NCBI GenBank assembly: GCA_045546195.1
Contig: JAZQCH010000001.1
Coordinates: forward strand, 39,362-103,361
DNA: 64,000 bases
Direction of reading: 5' to 3'
Source: Candidatus Enterousia sp.
Lineage (GTDB): Bacteria > Pseudomonadota > Alphaproteobacteria > Rs-D84
Shown: positions 27,174 through 35,301 of the stretch, in pieces
Layout: the number at the start of each line of letters is the position of its first letter
How positions within the stretch are numbered: the stretch's first letter is position 1
Position numbers and translations under genes: made by a program
Notes under the pieces: model-generated
Database searches by the model: none
What the model was told of the DNA's origin: nothing
Seen by the model: only the letters and a program-made list of their open reading frames with translations

Positions 27174-28466
27174 TCAGAACTGGAACATTACCTGCAGACC
27201 AATTTTTGTTTCCGCATAGTTGTCTAATTCAACCGTGCCAATCTTGGTCAAAGAATCCAGATAAAATTCCGCACCATCTGGTGCCTGGGCTTTAACATTT
27301 GGTTCCATCCAATACAAATCTAAATCTTTACCGTCTGCGCTGTCATAGAACGCCATCTTGGCATACAGATTCAATGCGAACCAATCATTTGGTTGCCAAC
27401 CAATTGCGCCCTTGATGCTGCCCTGGTTGTGCCAATCATAGTCACCAAAGATTGCTTCTACATTCAGCGTCCAATCTTCGTTCAGCACACTGAATACACC
27501 CAAACCGCCTTCGATATACATCGCGCTGCTGTCACCAACCTGGTATGGGATATATGTCAACGCTGAATTACCATACTGATCTGTGCCTTCAACGCCGTTT
27601 CCATATGAATTTCCTTCAAAATCAACATACCAACCACGCACCAAACCATAGATTGTGGATTTCGACACTTTGTATCCCGCCTTTAAATCAATCAGATAAT
27701 TATTGGCAATATCCTTTTGATGCTGGAAATATGCGCTTGCCGTGGCAATCCATTGATCGGTGTCAACAAAACGCCATTGTGCGCCCAAACCATACAGGTT
27801 CAAACCATCTTCGTCCATTTTGTCATCTGGCGAATTATCATCCCATTCGAATTTATATTCGTTAACATCATACTGCAACATACCCAAAACCGCGATACGG
27901 TCTGTGATACCATAACTGAAATCTTCTTTGATTGAAAACCCAGTCATATCCCATTTACCACCCAAACCATTTAACAGGTTCTGATATTCACCTGCTGTAC
28001 TGTTCCATACTGGCACCGTCTGATTAATTGTAAAATCATACGAATTCATATTGTACGAAAAATCAGTATGCGACCCGAACATCCCGCCCAGCGGCTGATA
28101 GAACGGATGTGCCAAGAAATATTTACGGCGCATTTTGTTCACAATTTTCTCAGAACGTGTTGTACGCTGTGTTGTCTTGCTTGCGCGTGCGGACGAAGAA
28201 TTTGCCCCTTCGTACTGTTTATACAGTGCACTGCGATTTTGTGGCTGGCTGTAATACAAATCGCCCGCATCTTTGGATTCATACGTTTTGGTCAGCGTAC
28301 GCGTCTGATATTTTTCATAGTTAATTTTTTCGCGTGTACGTGTGGCCGGTGCACTTGACAAATCGGCACTGGACCCTGCGCGTGTACCCCAATTTGTGGC
28401 TGCATCTGCCGAAACGGCACCCAATGCCACCAACAAACCAACAAAAACTGATAAAGATTTTTTCAT
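27174..28466 (-). CDS. Outer-membrane beta-barrel protein (~430 aa, larger porin/channel-like)
   Basis: Start MKKSLSVFVGLLVALGAVSADA with SD aaaggag; C-terminal ...LQVMFQF; abundant Tyr/Gly/Asn/Asp beta-strand pattern. Confidence 0.55.
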   Translation of the reverse strand: MKKSLSVFVGLLVALGAVSADAATNWGTRAGSSADLSSAPATRTREKINYEKYQTRTLTKTYESKDAGDLYYSQPQNRSALYKQYEGANSSSARASKTTQRTTRSEKIVNKMRRKYFLAHPFYQPLGGMFGSHTDFSYNMNSYDFTINQTVPVWNSTAGEYQNLLNGLGGKWDMTGFSIKEDFSYGITDRIAVLGMLQYDVNEYKFEWDDNSPDDKMDEDGLNLYGLGAQWRFVDTDQWIATASAYFQHQKDIANNYLIDLKAGYKVSKSTIYGLVRGWYVDFEGNSYGNGVEGTDQYGNSALTYIPYQVGDSSAMYIEGGLGVFSVLNEDWTLNVEAIFGDYDWHNQGSIKGAIGWQPNDWFALNLYAKMAFYDSADGKDLDLYWMEPNVKAQAPDGAEFYLDSLTKIGTVELDNYAETKIGLQVMFQF

Positions 28467-28510
28467 AATCAACAACTCCTTTTATGCCAAATTATACCAC
28501 AAATCCGCCA

Positions 28511-28540
28511 CATCGCAAAGACAAAAAATCCCCACGCACG
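28511..28540 (-). terminator. Rho-independent terminator downstream of rmlB (tccccacgcacgcgtgggga plus U-run on the minus strand)
   Basis: Inverted repeat 28519-28538; the minus-strand reading is followed by ttttttgtc. Confidence 0.6.
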
Positions 28541-28552
28541 CGTGGGGACAAC

Positions 28553-29563
28553 TTACCTGTCCAGATACCATTTTACAGTTTTCACAATACCTGTATCAAA
28601 TGTCTCAATCGCGCGCCACCCCAGTTCCTGTTCCAGCTTGCCCGCATCAATCGCATATCTAAAATCATGCCCTGCCCGGTCTGAGACAAATTCAATCTGC
28701 GATTCATATTTTTTTCCATCCGCCCGCGGACGCAATTCATCCAGAATTGAACAGATGGTTTTAACAATCGTAATATTATTGCGTTCATTATGCCCGCCAA
28801 CATTATATGTTTCGCCCGCGCGCCCTTGATGAAAAATCAAATCAATCGCCCGACAATGGTCCATCACATACAGCCAGTCCCGCACATTTTCCCCACGTCC
28901 ATAAATCGGCAACGGCTTTCCCGCCAGCGCACACGAAATAATATGTGGAATCAGTTTTTCATCGTGTTGCTTTGGCCCATAGTTATTTGAACAGTTCGAT
29001 GTTGTTGTATTCATCCCATATGTATGATGATACGCCCGCACCAGGAAATCAGACGATGCCTTGGACGCTGAATACGGACTGTTTGGTGCATACGGCGTAT
29101 CTTCGCGAAATTCACCCGTCGCCCCCAGTGCCCCATACACTTCGTCTGTGGAAATATGATGGAAACGCGCATCCGCGTAACCTGGTTTAACACGCCCCGG
29201 CGCATCCATCCAATGTCGCCGCGCCGCATCCAGCAAATTAAAAGTTCCAATAATATTAGTATTTATAAACGCGCGCGGGCCCGTGATTGAATTGTCCACA
29301 TGACTTTCCGCCGCAAAGTGAATCACACCACGCACATCATTTTCACAGAACAGTTTTTCAACCAAATCCGCATCACAAATATCCCCCTGAACAAATGAAT
29401 AGTTCGGCATATTTTCACACGACCGCAGATTTTCTAAATTCCCCGCATATGTCAGTTTATCCAAATTTATAATTTTATATTCCGGATATTTTTCACAAAA
29501 ATACGGCACAAAGTTCGACCCAATAAAACCGGCCCCACCTGTGATTAAAATTGTTTTATACAT
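28553..29563 (-). CDS. rmlB: dTDP-glucose 4,6-dehydratase
   Basis: MYKTILITGGAGFIGSNF (Rossmann GxxGxxG), YSASKA catalytic motif. Confidence 0.9.
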   Translation of the reverse strand: MYKTILITGGAGFIGSNFVPYFCEKYPEYKIINLDKLTYAGNLENLRSCENMPNYSFVQGDICDADLVEKLFCENDVRGVIHFAAESHVDNSITGPRAFINTNIIGTFNLLDAARRHWMDAPGRVKPGYADARFHHISTDEVYGALGATGEFREDTPYAPNSPYSASKASSDFLVRAYHHTYGMNTTTSNCSNNYGPKQHDEKLIPHIISCALAGKPLPIYGRGENVRDWLYVMDHCRAIDLIFHQGRAGETYNVGGHNERNNITIVKTICSILDELRPRADGKKYESQIEFVSDRAGHDFRYAIDAGKLEQELGWRAIETFDTGIVKTVKWYLDR

Positions 29564-30366
29564 TTTTCCAACCCCTTTTTCCAATGTTCAATTTCAACAC
29601 CGAATACATTTTTTATCTTGTCTTTGTCCAGCACACTATAAAACGGCCGCACTGCACGCGTTGGATATTGATGCGATTTTATCGGATTAACCCGACACCC
29701 CCGCCCCGACATATCCATAATTTCACAGGCAAAATCATACCACGAACACACACCTTCGTTTGTAAAGTGATATATACCGGAATTTTCACGCGTCATCTGT
29801 GGAATAATTTGAACAATTGCATCCGCCAGGTCCCCCGCAAATGTCGGACTGCCAATCTGGTCTGCGACAACATTGATTGAATCTTTTTCCGCCCCCAATC
29901 GCCGCATAGTCTTTACAAAGTTATTCCCATGCGCACTGTACAACCACGCCGTACGAATAACAATCGCCACGGGCGCATTTTCCAACGCCACCAATTCCCC
30001 TGCCCGCTTAGTTTTTCCATATACCGACACCGGATTTGTTTCGTCATCTGGTGCGTATGGGCGATGCCCAGTACCATCGAACACATAATCTGTGGAAATA
30101 TGAATAATCTTGGCACCTGTTTGCGCCAGGTTTCGCACCCCATCAACATTGATTTTTGTCGCCAAATCCACATCATCTTCGGCTGCATCCACCGCGGTGT
30201 ACGCCGCACAGTTTATAATCACATCAATATTATTTTCGCGCACAAAATCACGCACAGCCACCGCATCTGTAATATCCAGCGCATCACGGTCCACCGCAAT
30301 CGCATCTGGCAACCGCGCGACTAATTCGCGCCCCAATTGCCCATTACAGCCCGTTATCAAATGCAT
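29545..30366 (-). CDS. rmlD: dTDP-4-dehydrorhamnose reductase
   Basis: MHLITGCNGQLGREL, ~273 aa SDR-like; overlaps neighbouring rml genes. Confidence 0.85.
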   Translation of the reverse strand: MHLITGCNGQLGRELVARLPDAIAVDRDALDITDAVAVRDFVRENNIDVIINCAAYTAVDAAEDDVDLATKINVDGVRNLAQTGAKIIHISTDYVFDGTGHRPYAPDDETNPVSVYGKTKRAGELVALENAPVAIVIRTAWLYSAHGNNFVKTMRRLGAEKDSINVVADQIGSPTFAGDLADAIVQIIPQMTRENSGIYHFTNEGVCSWYDFACEIMDMSGRGCRVNPIKSHQYPTRAVRPFYSVLDKDKIKNVFGVEIEHWKKGLEKCIKQF

Positions 30367-30895
30367 CTTTTAGTCCCCCATGCTTTTTATCTTTGTCCGA
30401 CACTATGATTTTGTCCGCCGGTATTTTCCAGTCAACACCGATATCTGGGTCATCAAACCGCACGCCCAATTCTGCACCCGGCGCATACAGATTATCACAC
30501 TTGTACGCAAACACCGCCACATCCGACAGCACCGAAAACCCATGTAAAAATCCACGCGGTATGAATAATTGCCGTTTATTTTCCGCACTTAATTCCACCG
30601 CCACATGTCGTCCAAATGTCGGCGACCCAGGGCGCACGTCAACCGCCACATCTAACACAGTTCCCTGTAACACCCGCACCAATTTTGCCTGGGCATGCGC
30701 ACCCGTTTGACAATGTAAACCGCGCACCACACCATATGATGACATTGATTGATTATCCTGGACAAAGACATTTGGAATACCGTTTGCCGCAAATTCATCC
30801 GCATTATATGTTTCCATAAAATACCCACGCGCATCCGCGAACACATGTGGTTCAACGATAACAACACCATCAATTTCAGTCTTAGTAAATTTCAT
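30344..30895 (-). CDS. rmlC: dTDP-4-dehydrorhamnose 3,5-epimerase
   Basis: Start MKFTKTEIDGVVIVEP; cupin motifs RGLHCQ, FIPRGFLHGF. Confidence 0.85.
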   Translation of the reverse strand: MKFTKTEIDGVVIVEPHVFADARGYFMETYNADEFAANGIPNVFVQDNQSMSSYGVVRGLHCQTGAHAQAKLVRVLQGTVLDVAVDVRPGSPTFGRHVAVELSAENKRQLFIPRGFLHGFSVLSDVAVFAYKCDNLYAPGAELGVRFDDPDIGVDWKIPADKIIVSDKDKKHGGLKDAFDNGL

Positions 30896-31769
30896 GTTTT
30901 TCCCTATATACTTTTTCCAAATAATCCCGATATGTTCCGGGTCGCAACGCATCTATCAATGCGCGCATTTGCGCGTCATCAATAAACCCCTGGGCATATG
31001 CGATTTCTTCGACACAGGCAATTTTCAACCCCTGACGCTTTTCAATAATCTGAACAAATTGCCCCGATTCCATCAGGCTGTCCGGCGTTCCCGCATCCAA
31101 CCACGCATTTCCCCGTCGCATTGGCACAACCGACATGCGCCCCTGGGCCAAATAGATATTATTCAAATCAGTAATCTCGTATTCGCCACGCGCCGACGGC
31201 TTTAACCCACGGGCATATTCTACCACATCGGCGGGATAAAAATAAAGCCCCACCGACGCATAATTTGACTTTGGATTTTTTGGTTTTTCTTCGATTGAAA
31301 CGGCATTGAAATTTTCATCAAATTCGACAACACCGAATCGTTCTGGGTCGGACACATGATACGCAAAAATCGTTGCGCGCACGCCCGCATTTTCCCGCGC
31401 TATACGCACGAAATCCGGCAATTGTCCCCCCATATAGAATATATTATCCCCCAATATCAAACACACATCATCCGCACCGATAAAGTCCGCCCCAATGGTG
31501 AACGCCTGGGCAATACCGCGCGGCGCATCTTGCACGGCATATTGAATATTCATCCCCAATTGCGCCCCATCCCCGAACAGTTTTTCAATATTCGGCGTAT
31601 CCACAGGCGTTGAAATAATCAGCACATCCCGGATTCCAAACTGCATCAACGTGGACAAAGGATAATAAATCATCGGCTTGTCATACACAGGCAACAACTG
31701 CTTAGATATCATCTGAGTCATCGGATACAGGCGCGACCCACTGCCCCCGGCTAAAATAATCCCTTTCAT
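30882..31769 (-). CDS. rmlA: Glucose-1-phosphate thymidylyltransferase
   Basis: Start MKGIILAGGSGSRLYP with SD aaagggga; 295 aa. Confidence 0.9.
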   Translation of the reverse strand: MKGIILAGGSGSRLYPMTQMISKQLLPVYDKPMIYYPLSTLMQFGIRDVLIISTPVDTPNIEKLFGDGAQLGMNIQYAVQDAPRGIAQAFTIGADFIGADDVCLILGDNIFYMGGQLPDFVRIARENAGVRATIFAYHVSDPERFGVVEFDENFNAVSIEEKPKNPKSNYASVGLYFYPADVVEYARGLKPSARGEYEITDLNNIYLAQGRMSVVPMRRGNAWLDAGTPDSLMESGQFVQIIEKRQGLKIACVEEIAYAQGFIDDAQMRALIDALRPGTYRDYLEKVYREKHEIY

Positions 31770-31905
31770 AAAAATCCCCTTTTTATAAAATATTACGACA
31801 AAAATCCCGTCCCCGCACCAAGAAAATAATCCCAGTCGAAACACCCGCTATTGACATTTACATTTTTTGTCCTACAATTAAATTAACAATACAAAAGGAT
31901 TCAAA

Positions 31906-32391
31906 ATGCCACAGAAATGCACAATTCGCGAAATCTATGATATCGCCACCGCATTTATCACCGACCGCAAAACAATCGTTGATGTATCACACAGCAACGG
32001 CCACCTGATGTACAAATTTACGAAACGCGGCCTGGCCGAATACCCATACACATTGGTTATATCGGCCGAACGCGGCGCACCGGCCAAAATTCCAAACACT
32101 AATCAGACAAACAAAAAACCGGGGCGCGTCTATTTACAGCGCGGAACAATACTGGATGGTGAAACGGGCCCACGCACAGTTATTTCGGCCGAAACCAAAT
32201 ACAATGTTGGCCGTGCGATTGACAGTCACCAACGCGAAATCGTTCAAACATTTACACATATGCTGTCCCCAAAATTCTTTCAATTGATGGACATGGCGAA
32301 CAAACGCGCATTTGGCAACATAAAAACATCCGACAACACAACCCAGATGTTCAATTTGTTATACCGCATTAGAAACGAAAACCAAAAATAA
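31906..32391 (+). CDS. Hypothetical protein (161 aa)
   Basis: ORF with a terminator immediately downstream (32393-32420); no recognisable family. Confidence 0.45.
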   Translation: MPQKCTIREIYDIATAFITDRKTIVDVSHSNGHLMYKFTKRGLAEYPYTLVISAERGAPAKIPNTNQTNKKPGRVYLQRGTILDGETGPRTVISAETKYNVGRAIDSHQREIVQTFTHMLSPKFFQLMDMANKRAFGNIKTSDNTTQMFNLLYRIRNENQK

Positions 32392-32392
32392 A

Positions 32393-32420
32393 AAAGCACC
32401 CGCCAATGGCGGGTGTTTTA
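32393..32420 (+). terminator. Terminator reading on both strands (gcacccgccaatggcgggtg plus T-run)
   Basis: Inverted repeat 32397-32416 flanked by aaaaa and ttttact. Confidence 0.6.
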
Positions 32421-33164
32421 CTAATCCTTGTTTTGCTTCTTGTCCGATTGCGACAATTCATATGTCTTGGTACGCAGACACGAACGCATATTATCAAAAC
32501 ACGTCTGGAAATTTGTCTTTTTGCGTATCTGTTTCGGTTCCAGACATTCTGTCTTATCAGAATCTTTCTCTGTTGAATAATTACACTCCGCCTTGGTCGG
32601 TGCTGTATTCTTTAACAATGTAAAATCGTTTGCCAATTGCTTGGCGGCCTCTAAACTAACATCATCGGCATTACCCGTCGCATTTGATATTGTATTCATA
32701 TTATTATTCAAACACTTCATAACATCACTTGGCAACAATTCTTCGTTACAATTTTTTGCCCCATACAAATGAATATTTCTGTCGTCCGACTTAAACGACG
32801 AACCGCCCGATGACGAAGACGAACCCGACGACGATGCACCCTTGGCTTCCAGCCCTGTGGTCAACACCGCCTTTTCCAATTGGGTCTTTAGCCGTCGCAA
32901 CATAGATTCCATCTGTTCATATTGCCGATACATCTGTTGCGTAATCAGTGTTGTTTTCATTGCGATAACATCACGCATTAACTCTTTATCCGCGCCCGTT
33001 GGATTTTCTGTTTCAGCAATATTATATGCGTGTGTGGAACACAACGCCAATTCCGCCACAATCGCATCATTGTCGTCATTTTCACACCCATTATCGGCAA
33101 ACGCCGGCAACGCACACACCAGCAAAACCAACAACACAATAAAAATATTTTTCAACGTTTTCAT
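32421..33164 (-). CDS. Secreted hypothetical protein (247 aa) with 10 Cys, a poly-Ser/Gly linker and a coiled-coil segment
   Basis: Signal peptide MKTLKNIFIVLLVLLVCALPAFA; SSSGSSSSSGGSS tract; its start abuts the stop of the upstream 653-aa gene. Confidence 0.55.
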   Translation of the reverse strand: MKTLKNIFIVLLVLLVCALPAFADNGCENDDNDAIVAELALCSTHAYNIAETENPTGADKELMRDVIAMKTTLITQQMYRQYEQMESMLRRLKTQLEKAVLTTGLEAKGASSSGSSSSSGGSSFKSDDRNIHLYGAKNCNEELLPSDVMKCLNNNMNTISNATGNADDVSLEAAKQLANDFTLLKNTAPTKAECNYSTEKDSDKTECLEPKQIRKKTNFQTCFDNMRSCLRTKTYELSQSDKKQNKD

Positions 33165-35099
33165 TTATTTTTTATTGCCAATTTTTCCATCTTTACAGAT
33201 ATGACTATCAGCTGTCATAATCACATCATCACATAAACACTGCCAAGCATTATTCAAGCGGCCATCTCTTTCAATACACCAGTCCAACCGCTTTTGATAC
33301 TCTTCTGCGTTCATTTTGGCGCTATTATCAGAATTCTTTTTTGCCTGCGCCTCGGCCCACTTTCCCTCTGCCCACACATCATTATCGGCATAAACACAGG
33401 GGCCCGTCAGTGTACAATATGTTTCATCATCCCACTGTAAGCCACATCTTGAATCCACGCTTTTAACATACTTGCCATAAACCGAAGTATCCACACAATC
33501 CGCCTTGGACAATCCTGTACGTTTATTATCTGGATTTAAACCCGTTCCATCAATAAATTTAACCCAGCCCTTATACTTGGCGTCATATGCCAACTGCTCG
33601 TTCGAAACGCAAACCGTTTTTGGCATTTTCTTGGACTGTACTGCGGTCAACAAATTCTGATACCCCGTCGGTGTCAACGCACAATACTTTAATCTGTCTA
33701 TTTTTGCGTCTTCTGCGCCGGTTGAATACTTGTTTGTTCCAACATAATCCGGTGCGTCTTGTAAAATAATACGTTCCAATGTATCCAGGTCCAATGTTGC
33801 GCCCCGCTTACTGCTGCGGCGTCCAAATATCGCAATTGATTCCAATGCCGATGTCGCGCACCCAACACGCACCAGGCGGTCACCTTCCCAGTTTTCATCC
33901 AACCACTCACGCAACACTTCGTCATTATCGCCCGCGCCACCAATTAATTGGGTCACCGTACAGCGATTATCATCCTGGGGTGGCACCGCCATACCAACCG
34001 AACATTCCTGACCACCTTTGACCGTACCATATTTAACCGATCGTCCATTTTTACAGGTATCTGAATTATATGTGGCGGCCGTATGTACCCCCTTGTTATC
34101 ACCCGTACACAAAAATTTTCCCCACTGGTTACATCCACCACTTAACATCATAATAACATCGGACACATCCACGCCAACCGCCAACGCCATCTCTAATGCT
34201 TCGTACGCTTCGTCCACGATTTCATCATAGGGTTCAAAGAACGCATGTGCCTTTTCTTTGAACATTTTAACACGCTTTGGTCCCGCACAGTTATTTCCAC
34301 GCGCATCGCATTTCGCATATGTGAACGCCGTATCCATTGTGCCCTTTAATTTTTTCAGGGCAACCTCGGCATTTTCAATTTTCGATAAAATCTGACCTGA
34401 AATCTGTTTGCGCGCCAAAATATCAGCATCCACCCCACGTTCCGCCGCCGCAATCATATCATCGGTCAACGCACCATTTCCCGACGCCACGGGTGCAGAC
34501 ACCTCGGGCTGTTTGGCGGCCTGTTCCATCGCCGCGGCCGTCAATGCCTTTTGTTCATCCAATGCGGCCTGCATCTGGGCCATTTGTTGGGCGTTTTGCT
34601 GTTGCATTTCATATTGCATTTGTTGCATCTGCGACTGCATCTGCTGTAATTGCGCATTACTTTGCGCGGCCGCCGCCTGGGCCGCCATTTGCTGCGCCGC
34701 AATTTCCGCCTGTTGCGCCTTGCTGTTCGCGTTTGACACCATCTGGGCCGAAATAAATTCGATTAAATCGTCACCATATTTTTTACATGACGCATTACTG
34801 TTCACACAACCCGTCACAATCGGACGCGCAATATCAATGGTTGTACATCCGGCACACTTTGGCTGGGCGCACCGCAAAATCAACGAATTACAGTTCCCAA
34901 AATCAGCCACCGCCCCCGTTCCACCACCCGACGCCAGTGTGCGATTATTCATCAACTGATTCCAGTTATTGTTATTGGTTGACCCTGAATTTCCGTTCCA
35001 TGCAGTTAAATTACTGCCTGCGGTGGTTGCGATTTGCCCCTGCGCAAACGTTGGAATTGCGCACAAAGCCAGCAATAAAAATCGCTTAAACAACTTCAT
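33165..35099 (-). CDS. Large secreted hypothetical protein (~644 aa) with ~35 Cys, a Gln/Ala/Met-rich coiled-coil region and Asn-rich patches
   Basis: Signal peptide MKLFKRFLLLALCAIPTFAQG; QQMQSQMQQMQYEMQQQNAQQMAQMQ repeat-like segment; start taken at the internal ATG, since the ORF-track start at 35126 is GTG; a 1-nt disagreement between the printed text and the ORF track near 35040 makes this coordinate +/-1. Confidence 0.55.
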   Translation of the reverse strand: MKLFKRFLLLALCAIPTFAQGQIATTAGSNLTAWNGNSGSTNNNNWNQLMNNRTLASGGGTGAVADFGNCNSLILRCAQPKCAGCTTIDIARPIVTGCVNSNASCKKYGDDLIEFISAQMVSNANSKAQQAEIAAQQMAAQAAAAQSNAQLQQMQSQMQQMQYEMQQQNAQQMAQMQAALDEQKALTAAAMEQAAKQPEVSAPVASGNGALTDDMIAAAERGVDADILARKQISGQILSKIENAEVALKKLKGTMDTAFTYAKCDARGNNCAGPKRVKMFKEKAHAFFEPYDEIVDEAYEALEMALAVGVDVSDVIMMLSGGCNQWGKFLCTGDNKGVHTAATYNSDTCKNGRSVKYGTVKGGQECSVGMAVPPQDDNRCTVTQLIGGAGDNDEVLREWLDENWEGDRLVRVGCATSALESIAIFGRRSSKRGATLDLDTLERIILQDAPDYVGTNKYSTGAEDAKIDRLKYCALTPTGYQNLLTAVQSKKMPKTVCVSNEQLAYDAKYKGWVKFIDGTGLNPDNKRTGLSKADCVDTSVYGKYVKSVDSRCGLQWDDETYCTLTGPCVYADNDVWAEGKWAEAQAKKNSDNSAKMNAEEYQKRLDWCIERDGRLNNAWQCLCDDVIMTADSHICKDGKIGNKK

Positions 35100-35170
35100 A
35101 TTCTCTCTTGGCTTTAATTTTAACACAAAAAAGGAATATATAAAAGATAAATTTTTAGATAAATAGAAAG

Positions 35171-35198
35171 ATTATATAAGTACAAGTGGTTAGTGTAA
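35171..35198 (-). promoter_or_regulatory. Candidate sigma70-type promoter for the Cys-rich secreted-protein operon (-35 TTACAC, 16-nt spacer, -10 TATAAT on the minus strand) embedded in a nested palindrome
   Basis: Minus-strand reading gcTTACACtaaccacttgtacttaTATAATctttc ~70 nt upstream of the ATG. Confidence 0.4.
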
Positions 35199-35220
35199 GC
35201 AGTAAGTGATGACACTATAA

Positions 35221-35240
35221 TGTGCGGCATTCGCCGCACA
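35221..35240. promoter_or_regulatory. 20-bp palindrome tgtgcggcattcgccgcaca (8-bp arms) just upstream of the candidate -35. It is an operator-like site or a stem-loop.
   Basis: Inverted repeat seen directly in the sequence; flanked by longer imperfect inverted repeats built on agtggttagtgtaag (35187-35270). Confidence 0.4.
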
Positions 35241-35275
35241 CCGCCACTAACCACTAGCCACTTACACTAATCACT

Positions 35276-35301
35276 AAAAAGCCCGCCAAATGGCGGGATT
35301 T
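35276..35301 (-). terminator. Rho-independent terminator of ftsK (cccgccatttggcggg plus U-run), directly after its stop codon
   Basis: Inverted repeat 35282-35297; the minus-strand reading is followed by cttttt. Confidence 0.65.

Noticed and set aside
33165-35127. Exact start coordinate of the 653-aa secreted-protein ORF
   Set aside because: The printed text near 35036-35041 appears to contain one more c than the ORF-track translation implies, a 1-nt discrepancy. I kept the ORF-track frame and give the internal-ATG start as approximate.
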